Shown here one piece after another: positions 13,101 to 25,183 of a DNA stretch of 64,000 nucleotides; positions within the stretch are counted from its first letter, which is position 1, and every line of letters begins with the position of its first letter. A program made the translations under genes and the position numbers. The notes beneath the pieces are model-generated. The model was not told the origin of the DNA and did not search any database. It worked only from the letters and a program-made list of their open reading frames with translations. This stretch comes from Eledone cirrhosa (Eukaryota): the NCBI GenBank assembly GCA_964016885.1, contig OZ024747.1, forward strand, positions 1,674,001-1,738,000, written 5' to 3'.

Positions 13101-13697
13101 TATGTAATCTGGTGTTGATGTCTGTTAGATGAGAAAATATTTTGTAAGAATTAAAATAGTGTTGAGACAATTTATACCAATATTTCTAACTGGAGTCACA
13201 AGAAGAATGTTTTGTTCTGTGACTCTCAATTCTATGTTGTACATGTATCTCATTAACTTTAGATGTTTGTTCCAAGAGAAGAAAGTATGTCTCCAGGTTA
13301 CAGAGAAGTAAACAATACTGACCAATTCAGTGAGATGTCAACATTATCATCTCACACTGATAGTGGTCATGGTTGGAGTGTTGGTAGTGCTGGACATTAT
13401 GAGGAACTGCCAGGTAAGTCTGAAATCTACTATATAAATGTATAACCAGTTGGCACCTACACCAGTGTAGGATATCTTTACAATGGAGGAGGAAAGGGAC
13501 GTTTCAGTGAGAGAGGGGGAAGAGGAGATACTACTACTGTATGTTAAACCCTCCCTCCCACTACTCTCCTTCCTCCTCCCACAACTCAGTCTTCCAAAAC
13601 GAGGCAACAACTTATTAGAAATATACATAAAGAAATTTCAAACAAAGCAGACGACAATCTAATTTTGGTTGACAACTGAACAGATGTCTCTGTATAA

Positions 13698-13754
<57 letters not shown>

Positions 13755-15236
13755 AGCCACTGATATGGATTCTGAACACGTGCACACTCTTAGATCCCAT
13801 TAAGGTCAACTGCAGTAATTGGTGATAAGTTACAAAAAAATGTGATCATCAATGATCTGAAAGTTGGCTTACATTGAGACTTGTCCGAAGAATGAAACCC
13901 AAATTGTATGTTGACGAATATTCGTACTCCCGGCATGTTAATTGTAACATGCCATCTTTGAGAGTAGAATTTATTTTGTTGATATTTCGAGGTGTTGTAT
14001 CATGGGAAGATTAACACGAATTAAGAAGGTGTAACTTCTCCTCCATTATTGACACTTTGCAACAGTGAATGTTACAAGGCCCTCTTTAGAGACAACACTT
14101 CTGATGGTTTATCTGACTTATTATGGTGTGTTTTCTTGGGTTATGTCTACTATAGAGGGAAAACAGGATGGTTTTATTGAATTGCTTCAGTCATTCAAAG
14201 GGCTTTTCAAACGGTGATATACAGGGTGCTTGAACAGTACCTGAATATGTTCACTTGGTTATAATTTCTTCAATAATTGCGATGACTTCCTCAATTGTTC
14301 TGTGTTTGTTCTTGAGTGCTAAGGCAATAAGTTTGATATTCTTATACATAAGTTTGATACTCTTCGAGCTCAAACTTCCCTGGATAATTCACTCTGAATG
14401 AAGAAAGCTGGATGGAAGAAGGACTTATGACTTAAACAGCTATTGATAGATCCACACAAAAATATTGATCTGCCAAAAACACACCTAGCAAAGGCTGCTA
14501 TTCAATCCAGTGTGGGCACCCAGGGTCGCTAGCATTTTGAGGCGCACTCTGGGAACTGCACCTTTTGCGGGTATTACCGGGTACTGCAACTAGTACTCAA
14601 TATTTCTACCAAATGTGGATTTTAATGTATTTTAATATTTCTATTTGTTAAAACATCATTTTACTCCAGTGTAGTTTGTTAGTTGATAACATTCTTTCCA
14701 AGACAAAACATATTCTCTGAAACACATTTTTGATTTTGAAGATTGGCAAAACATTCAGGAAAATTCCTCTCTTTTTCTTATTTATTCTGTTGTTGAGATA
14801 TCGAACCTTTTAACCAGAATGATGTATTTTAAAATTTACTTTCATTTTATTTTGTACAAAATTTGATTCTGTCCCCTAAATCAACCTATTTCCAGATCTG
14901 TGTCGTTATCAAAGTGACAATACATGGAACAGGAGAAATCAACTTCCACACACACTGACAAGATCAAGAGGAGATAACAACATAGGATATCATTATCAAC
15001 CTAATGTTAACACTTCCTGTGATCAGCAGCAAATTCCTTTCACTATAACTGGTACCACATCTAACATAACTGAACAACCATCTACAATGACAAGTGACTT
15101 TACTTCAAAGAGTAAACCACCTCTACCAGCTGTACCTAAAGTAACAACAGTACCAAAGGTACCATCAATACCTCAGGTACCTTCTCTGACTATAGTAAAA
15201 AACTTACATAGCAGCTCTATGGAAACCCTGAATTAA
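10176..15236 (+). CDS. Protocadherin G2, ~965 aa; coding exons 10176-12581, 13263-13413, 14896-15236
   Basis: Same architecture and splice junctions as G1; open spliced frame. Confidence 0.92.
13426..14593 (+). mobile_element. Non-autonomous Helitron (~1.17 kb) in G2 intron 3
   Basis: Starts TCTACTATATAAA, ends CAACTAG, has an imperfect subterminal GGT-ATT-ACC hairpin, and sits between A and T without a TSD. The empty site GAAA|TACTCAAT is present in G1, G3 and G7. Confidence 0.85.
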
Positions 15237-15335
15237 TATTACCATCTCTCAAGCAATCATTAATCCATACATATTGATATATATAATCACTAATAAACTA
15301 TTCCTCTAGATATATATTATAACAACCTTCTACAG

Positions 15336-15691
15336 TTGCAATGACAAGTGACTTTACTTCAAACAGTAAACTAACTCTACCAGCTGTACCTAACAACACT
15401 ATCAAAGGTACCATTAGTACCACAGGTACCTCCTCTATCTACAACAGTAAACTAACTCTACCAGCTGTACCTAACAACACTATCAAAGGTACCATTAGTA
15501 CCTCAGGTACCTCCTCTATCTACAACAGTAAACTAACTCTACCAGCTGTACCTAACAACACTATCAAAGGTACCATTAGTACCTCAGGTACCTCCTCTAT
15601 CTACAACAGTAAACTAACTCTACCAGATGTACCTAACAACACTATCAAAGGTACTATTAGAATCTCAGGTACCTACTATATCTACAACTAA
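15336..15691 (+). repeat. 81-bp minisatellite, 4 units (15362-15685); candidate alternative terminal exon of G2
   Basis: 324 bp = 4 x 81; matches ORF 15341-15691. Confidence 0.88.
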
Positions 15692-16395
15692 CACTAAAAT
15701 ATTATAAAACTAACAGTAGGAAGAATGCCACATTAAATACCATGTAGTATTTTGTTATATATCTTTGTGGACTGAGTTCAAATCCTACCCCTGTTCACCT
15801 TTGTTATATTCTCCCAGGGGTCTTCTACAACCCTCACCAAATACAGTTTAATTACCTGAATAACAATATCAAACATAACTTTACCTTATATAATGGTAAA
15901 CTATATATAGTATAACAAATATTTGATATGAAAATATATATAGTGATAAATTATTCAAATATTAACATTTTATCAAGAAATATTTGAGAGAATATTTTAT
16001 AGAATTTATATAACATCTCTATAACATTTCTTAAAGACATATTTATTTAGAGCCACAGTTTCGTATTTTCAAATGAGTTCAAATATTCTATAATATAATT
16101 AATTACTTAAAGTACTGTTTTAATAAATTTTTATTATAGATTTGTTAATTAAAGAAGTTTGTAAACTAAACCAGAAAAGTTGAAACTATTGACTTGAAAA
16201 AGTTTTCAAAGTCTTACTAAAGTCATAAAATAAGATTCCTTCAATGAAATTATAATTTAATTAATTTAATAATTAATATCTATTATATATTTCATTGTTT
16301 TAAATATTTCCACCTATTGAATTATAAATGTTCTAGTCACACACATGTATATGTATCTCTATATATATGTGTGTGTGTGTAAGTAAATATAATAG

Positions 16396-16606
16396 TGTGT
16401 GAGTCAGCCCATCATTAACTGCAAGAACTGGAGGCTGTACTTCCGTTTCCTTACTTGGGAACAACAGACAGCTTGTCATTGGCTACAACACATATTACAT
16501 ACTACATAACTTGATAGAACTATATAACAGTATACCAAACTACTCACAACTACTATATCTTACCAGAATATTGAAACAGTAACAATATAAACAACTGTTG
16601 GTAAGT
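16396..16606 (+). promoter_or_regulatory. Putative promoter and non-coding exon 1 of G3 (donor at 16601)
   Basis: Near-identical to 931-1141. Confidence 0.7.
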
Positions 16607-17841
16607 ATTTCTATAAAGTTATTCTCTGTTTTATAAATTAGTTATTTAGATATTTGGTAAAGTCTCTCTATGTCTCTAAGTTACCATCTTGGTAAAACAA
16701 CATCACTATAACAGTGAAATACTTCCAGTATAACAATATCATTTTAATAAGTTATTTTATTAAGTTTTCATAATATATTTTTCTACAATTATTTTAAGAT
16801 TGTTGCTTTTAAAAGAACACAAATATAATTTAATATTTACAAAATTATTTAATTTATTATAATGTTTAAAATATATTTTCTAATATTCCTAAGCTAGTTA
16901 TAATATAAATCAGTGAAACGTTATATTAATAATAATATATTTGTTTATTATTTCTGATAAGATATTGTTTAGTTTTGTTGGTTTATTATTGTTATAGTGT
17001 TAAATATATTGTATGTTATCCTAGAATGTGAGATGTAACCAGGATGTAGCATTGATTGTAAGGGAGGTTACTCTTAATGACTTTAATGAGGGAGCCTTTA
17101 TGTGATGGTTTAACTTGCTGGAAATAGTAGCTACATATTCCTCAAATAACATCTTATCCTCTTTATAAAGAGAACATATTGGATAACATATTCCTGGATA
17201 TATATAGAAAGATGGGGTTTTCCTAACTTGGATATGTTTAATCATTAGTCTGCCCTTCAATGTTGACCAGGTGCTAATCAAGAACAGTAACAACCCTTAA
17301 TACAGAGGTCTCAGCCATACAGCCCACAAACTACTTCTCTATGGCCCTTGATAGAACAAAGGAAACTTGTCCCCTAAATTTTGTACTGCTTCATATATCT
17401 CACTTACTATCACAGTATCTCTCTACAATTTACTTTCCCTCATCATCTCCTCTGTGAACTTCATCAATTTGAGATCAACTCTCTCCATCTCCACCCAGGT
17501 GTTCCCTAGGTTTCATGTATTGTGGCTTCCCTTCACTGGGATTTCCAGTCTCTTATTCACCCAGCAATCATCATCCATGTGCATCACATGTCCATACCAG
17601 TGCAGTCTCCTCTCCACCATGCTATTTCAGATTTCTCTTACACCTAGTTTTTCTCTCAGTTCAACCATTCTTTGTCATTTATACACATTAACACTGCACA
17701 TCCATCAAAACATTGATAAATATATCAACATTTAGAGATAAATTTCATGGGAATATATATTAAGTATTATTTTCATAGATTTATGAACTCTACATTTGTG
17801 AATATCAATTGTTTACTATAAACTTCTATTTCAGATTAACA

Positions 17842-20800
17842 ATGTCTCCATTGATATTGTTGTTGTTGTTGTTAATGGCTGACAACTGCTGGTGTCTGGA
17901 TCATATCTATCATGTGAAAGAGAACAATGATATACACAGCTATATTGGAGATATTGTTACTGATACACACTTACTGGATAATATAACATCTGGGGATGAT
18001 AGAAAGAAACTGAAATTTAATGTACTCCAGGATAGTACTGATGAAACTGTTCAGTTATTTAATGTTACATCTGGAGGACAACTGTACACAGCTGCCATAT
18101 TGGATGCTGAAACTCTGTGTCAATATAATGTGGAATGTTTCAGGATATTGGAAATAGCAGTTCAATATAGCCATTCTTATATGAAGATATTAGAAATCAA
18201 AGTTATGATAGAAGATGTCAATGATAATTATCCTGTGTTTCCAAACAAGGAATTTACCCTACAATTTGATGAAAATGTATTCACAGGAACAAAGGGGGCT
18301 ATTCCAAATGCTTTTGATAAAGATGTCAGTATTGAGAATTCTGATCTGTCTTATCAACTCAACAAAGATGTCGATATTCCTTTTAAAATCTTTGTTTCTA
18401 ATAAACCAGATGGAACTGATTTTCTACAACTTGTTTTAGAAGATAACTTAGATCGAGAGAAGAAAGATATTTATAATATCCAGTTAATAGCTACAGATGG
18501 AGGATCTCCACCAAAGGATGGTGTACTGGATATAAAAATATTGGTGGAGGACAAAAATGATAATTCCCCTGTATTCTCCCAGGATATCTACAATGTAACT
18601 GTAAATGATAAACACCAGATAAACAAACCTGTTGTAAGGTTGTCAGCTACAGATTTAGATGAAGGAGAAAATGGAAGAATTTCTTATGTCTTTAATAAAG
18701 CTAAAACAACAAATAAGATAAAAGAATCTTTTAAACTGGATGAAATAACTGGAGAATTGTTTCTGAAGGACAACTTTAGTTATGGAAAACTCTATGAGCT
18801 ATTTATTGAAGCCAGAGATAATGGTAAACCACCGATGTCTTCAACAGTTACAGTTCTTATAAATGGTATCAGTCACTTTAACAATCCACCAAACATTGAT
18901 GTCAAGTTTCTCTTAAAGTCAACTGGAAACACAGCTGTCATCTCAGAAGCAATTCTAATTCACAGCTTTGTTGCTTATGTCAAAGTTACTGACAATGATA
19001 GTGAAGTTAATGGACAAGTGAAGTGTTATTTAGAAAATAAATACCTTCAGTTAATCTCAATATCTCAGAAGAAATATAAAGTTGTTGTAAAGAGTAAAAT
19101 AGATAGAGAGAGTGAGAAGAGTTTTAGTTTCACGATTAAATGTCAAGATAAAGGTTTACCTCCATTGAGAGTAGAGAAAGAGTTTTCTATGTTAGTTACT
19201 GATATAAATGATGTGAAACCTAAGTTTAGTGAGGATATATTTAAATTTCTCACCTATGAAAATGAAGATAAAGACTTCCCTGTTGGATATATCAATGCTA
19301 CAGACCCAGATCTTGGAGATGGAGGACAATTGATCTATTCTCTTTTAAATAATGGAAAAGATATTCTACCATTTCAGATATCAAATCTAGGATTTATTTC
19401 TACAACTCAGTCACTAGATAGAGAAGAAAAGAAGATGTATGAGTTTAAAGTTTTAGTAAAAGATAAAGGAAGACCATCACTAGAGAACACAGCAAATGTT
19501 ATTGTTGAAGTTATGGATTTAAATGATAATGTTCCATATTTCAGTTTCCCTAATGTTAACCCTTTTAGTCTTGATGTTCACTACCATCCTCACAGTGAAC
19601 ATGATATCACAGTTATAAGGGCCTCTGATAGAGATAGTCAACATAATGCCTTCCTTACATATGAAATAGTAAGAGGTAATAAGAAAGAGTTATTTAGAAT
19701 TAATCCTCACTCTGGTGTCTTATCTTTCTCTCGGTCAGTTTACCAAAATGATGCTGGACTCTATCAACTAGAATTAAGTGTAAAAGATAATGGTAGTCCA
19801 GTTCTGTCATCAACAACAACTTTATCTTTGACTTTAACAGTTAGTAACAACACATCAAAGATATTTAAGACATCTTTAAAGACAACAACGTTAAGTAAAG
19901 GTCTTCCTTTTAAAGTGATAATTATTATTGTTATAGCAACTGTGGTTGTATCAGTTGTTATAGTGATCTCTATATCAATCTGTATAGTTCATAGACTAAA
20001 GCAGACAGATAGTAACTATAGTAGTGGTAGTAGTAGTGGTGGTGGTAGTGTTGATATGTACCACAAGGTTACACCTACATTAAATATACAGTCAAAATAT
20101 ATCTTTGATCCAACTTGTGTTGATCCCGGAGTACATTATACCATGGGGAGAAATGTGAAGAAATCTCAACCAATGATAGACAGAGAAGATATTCACTGCA
20201 GAACTCTACCAGGTGACAGATGGGGTAATCCAGCTTTCAGACCTCATCAACAGGTAAGATAACTTTAGAATAATATCTTATAACTTGGAAACATGTCTGT
20301 CACTTTTCAAATCATTTATGACATCATCATCATTGTTTTACGTCCACTTTTACCTGTTTGCAAGGGTGGGATCGGTCCTTTCCAGCACAGCATCCCTCCT
20401 TTCTCCTTTCGTCATGGTTCTCGTCAACTCCTCTGTAAGCTTTAGTGATCTGAAGTCAGCTCTCACCACCTTTAGCACACGATTTTCATTGTTTTCCTCT
20501 ACTGCAGCTTCTTTCCTCTGTGATTTCTTGGCATTTCTTTACCCAGCAGTCATCTTCATTGCGTATCGCATTTCCATATCAATGAAGTCTTCTAACCCAC
20601 ACACTACAGCCTATCCCTCTTATACAGTTTCCCTCTCAACTCATCTATGCTTGGTTGTTCACGCATATTGATGTTACACTTCCAATGGAGCATACTTGCT
20701 TCATTTCTCTCCAGACGTTGCATATCCTCCACAGTTGCTGCCCATGTCTCACTACCATGCAGCATGGCGCAGCTCACACAGGCATCATATAACCAGCCTT

Positions 20801-22064
20801 TTGTTCGTAGGGAGAAACTCTTCTTTGTCAACAGAGGAAGCAGCTACCTAAACTTCTTTCAACCTGTTCTTATTTAGATACTATGGCCTTGGTGCACCCT
20901 CCTTCCTTGCTAATCTGGTCACCTAGGTATAGGAAGCTATCAACCACCTCCATAGAACCTACCTATATTTGAAAAATACGTCTATCACTGCCACTTCTAT
21001 TATCAAATTTATAGTTGTATATTTTATATAACCCTATATCATGACAAGGAGAATTAAACATAATTTGTCATGTATCTTACAGTTTTATACTAAATTATTC
21101 AGTGTTGAATTACTAAATATTTATCGCAAAATATATTCAAAATATATCGATAATTGTAAATTTTCTCCCAACATATATTTTGGGATTTATTTTGAAATTA
21201 ATAATTAAATGAATGGAATATTTCAAATGATAGTTAAGTTTTCTGCCATGTCAAGAAGCAATTTCTTGAAATGTATTTCTAACTGGAATCACAAGAAGAA
21301 TGTTTTGTTCTGTGACTCTCAATTCTATGTTGTACATGTCTCTCATTAACTTTAGATGTTTGTTCCAAGAGAAGAAAGTATGTCTCCAGGTTATAGAGAA
21401 GTAAACAATACTGACCAATTCAGTGAGATGTCAACATTATCATCTCACACTGATAGTGGTCATGGTTGGAGTGTTGGTAGTGCTGGACATTATGAGGAAC
21501 TGCCAGGTAAGTGTGAAATACTCAATATTTCTACAAAAATCTCTTATCCATACAATGTTAAGCATATTTTAATATTTCTAATTATTAAAACATCATTTTA
21601 TACCAATGTAGTTTGTTAATTAGTAAAATTCTTTCCAAGACCAGAATTATGTATTTTTAGAATTTACTTTCACTTTATTTTGTACAAAATTTGATTCTGT
21701 CCCCTAAATCAACCTATTTCCAGATCTGTGCCGTTACCAAAGTGACAATACATGGAACAGGAGAAATCAACTTCCACACACACTGACAAGATCAAGGGGA
21801 GATAACAACATTGGATATCATTATCAACCTAATATTAACACTTCCTGTGATCAGCAGCAAATACCTTTCACTATAACTGGTACCACATCTAACATAACTG
21901 AACAACCATCTACAATGACAAGTGACTTTACTTCAAAGAGTAAACCACCTCTACCAGCTGTACCTAAAGTAACAACAGTACCAAAGGTACCATCAATACC
22001 TCAGGTACCTTCTCTGACTATAGTAAAAAACTTACATAGCAGCTCTATGGAAGCCCTGAATTAA
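17842..22064 (+). CDS. Protocadherin G3, ~967 aa; coding exons 17842-20253, 21356-21506, 21724-22064
   Basis: Same architecture and splice junctions as G1; open spliced frame. Confidence 0.92.
20320..20965 (-). mobile_element. RTE LINE fragment in G3 intron 2 (same insertion as in G1)
   Basis: Minus-strand ORF KKSFSLRTKGWLYDACVSCAMLHGSETWA; same position as 5757-6405. Confidence 0.85.
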
Positions 22065-22163
22065 TATTACCATCTCTCAAGCAATCATTAATCCATACAT
22101 ATTGATATATATAATCACTAATAAACTATTCCTCTAGATATATATTATAACAACCTTCTACAG

Positions 22164-22843
22164 TTGCAAGGACAAGTGACTTTACTTCAAACAGTAAACT
22201 AACTCTACCAGCTGTACCTAACAACACTATCAAAGGTACCATTAGTACCTCAGGTACCTCCTCTATCTACAACAGTAAACTAACTCTACCAACTGTACCT
22301 AACAACACTATCAAAGGTACCATTAGTACCTCAGGTACCTCCTCTATCTACAACAGTAAACTAGCTCTACCAGCTGTACCTAACAACACTATCAAAGGTA
22401 CCATTAGTACCTCAGGTACCTCCTCTATCTACAACAGTAAACTAACTCTACCAACTGTACCTAACAACACTATCAAAGGTACCATTAGTACCTCAGGTAC
22501 CTCCTCTATCTACAACAGTAAACCAGCACTACCAGCTGTACCTAACAACACTATCAAAGGTACCATTAGTACCTCAGGTACCTCCTCTATCTACAACAGT
22601 AAACTAACTCTACCAGCTGTACCTAACAACACTATCAAAGGTACCATTAGTACCTCAGGTACCTCCTCTATCTACAACAGTAAACTATCTCTACCAGCTG
22701 TACCTAACAACACTATCAAAGGTACCATTAGTACCTCAGGTACCTCCTCTATCTACAACAGTAAACTAACTCTACCAGTTGTACCTAACAACACTATTAA
22801 AGGTACCATTAGAATCTCAGGTACCTCCTCTATCTACATCTAA
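22164..22843 (+). repeat. 81-bp minisatellite, 8 units (22190-22837); candidate alternative terminal exon of G3
   Basis: 648 bp = 8 x 81; frame open from CTACAG|TT GCA AGG to TAA at 22841-22843. Confidence 0.88.
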
Positions 22844-23563
22844 CACTAAAATATTATAAAACTAACAGTAGGAAGAATGCCACACTAAATACCATGTAGT
22901 ATTTTGTTATATATCTTTGTGGACTGAGATCAAATCCTACCCCAGATCACCTTTGTTATATTTTCCCAGGGGTCTTCTACAACCCTCACCAAATACAGTT
23001 TAATTATCTTAATTACAATATCAAACATAACTTTACCTTATATAATGGTAAACTATATATAGTACAACAAATATTTGATATGAAAATATAGATAGAGTGA
23101 TAAATTATTCAAATATTAACATTTTATCAAGAAATATTTGAGAGAATATTTTATAGAATTTGTATAACATCTCTATAACATTTCTCAAATATATATTTAT
23201 TTAGAGCCACAGTTTCGTATTTTCAAATGAGTTAAATTATTCTATAATATAATTAATTACTTAAAATATTGTTTTAATAACATTTTATTATAGATTTGTT
23301 AAGTAAAGAAGTTTGTAAACACAACAGGAAAAGTTGAAACTATTGACTTGAAAAAGTTTTCAAAGTCTTACTAAAGTCATAAAATAAGGTTCCTTCATTG
23401 AAATTATAATTTAATTAATTTAATAATTAATATCTATTATATATTTCATCGTTTTAAACATTTTAGATATTAAATATTTCCTCCTATTGAATTATAAATG
23501 TTCTAGTCATACACATGTATATGTATCTCTATATATATATGTGTGTGTAAGTAAATATAATAG

Positions 23564-23774
23564 TGTGTGAGTCAGCCCATCATTAACTGCAAGAACTGGA
23601 GGCTGTACTTCCGTTTCCTTACTTGGGAACAACAGACAGCTTGTCATTGGCTACAACACATATTACATACTACATAACTTGATAGAACTATATAACAGTA
23701 TACCAAACTACTCACAACTACTATATCTTACCAGAATATTGAAACAGTAACAATATAAACAACTGTTGGTAAGT
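23564..23774 (+). promoter_or_regulatory. Putative promoter and non-coding exon 1 of G4 (donor at 23769)
   Basis: Near-identical to 931-1141. Confidence 0.7.
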
Positions 23775-25183
23775 ATTTCTATAAAGTTATTCTCTGTTTT
23801 ATAAATTAGTTATTTAGATATTTGGTAAAGTCTCTTTATGTCTCTAAGTTACCATCTTGGTAAAACTACATCACTATAACAGTGAAATACTTCCAGTATA
23901 ACAATATCATTTGAATAAGTTATTTTATTAAGTTTTCATAATATATTTTTCTACAATTATTTTAAGATTGTTGCTTTTAAAAGAACACAAATATAATTTA
24001 ATATTTACAAAATTATTTAATTTATTATAATGTTTAAAATATATTTTCTAATATTCCTAAACTAGTTATAATATAAATCAGTGAAACGTTATATTATTAA
24101 TAATATAAATCAGTGAAAGGTTATATTAATAATAAAATTATATTTGTTTATTATTTCTAATAAGATATTGTTTAGTTTTGTTGGTTTATTATTGTTATAG
24201 TGTTAAATATATTGTATGTTATCCTAGAATGTGAGATGTAACCAGGATGTAGCCTTGATTGTAAGGGAAGTTACTCTTAATGACTTTAATGAGGGAGCCT
24301 TTATGTGATGGTTTAATTTGCTGGAAATAGTAGCTACATATTCCTCAAATAACATCTTATCGTCTTTATAAAGAGAAGAGCATATTAGATAACATATTCC
24401 TACATATTTCTAGATATATATAAAAAGATGGGGTTCTTTTGGGCTTGGATATGTTTAATCATTAGTCTGCCCTTCAATGTTGACCAGGTGCTAATCAAGA
24501 ACAGCAACAACCCTTAATACAGGGGTCTCAACCATACAGTCTACAAACTACTTCTCTATGGCCGTTGGTAGAACAAAGGAAAATTTGTCCCCTAAATTTT
24601 CTACTAATTCATATATCCCACTTACTATCATATATATAATTATTTTCATAAATTAAATAACTTGCTAATTTGCTGTTTCAAGATACCACAAAACAGAGAA
24701 TCCTTTATCATATCATCATCATATGTACACCTTTCCGCACTTGCATGGGTTTGACTGGTCTTTGTAGCACAGTATCTCTCTACAATTTACTTTCCCACAT
24801 CATCTCCTCTGTGAACTTCATCAATTTGAGATCAACTCTCACCGTCTCCACCCAGGTGTTCCTTAGGTTTCCCTTCACTGGGATTTCCAGTCTCTTATTC
24901 ACCCAGCAATCATCATCCATGTGCAGCACATGTCCATACCAGTGCAGTCTCCTCTCCACCATGCTATTTCAGATTTCTCTTACACTCAGTTTTTCTCTCA
25001 GTTCAACCATTCTTTGTCATTTATACACATTAACACTGCACATCCATCAAAACATTGATAAATATATCAACATTTAGAGATACATTTCATGGGAATATAT
25101 GTTAAGTATTATTTTCATAGATTTATGAACTCTACATTTGTGAATATCAATTGTTTACTATAAACTTCTATTTCAGATTAACA

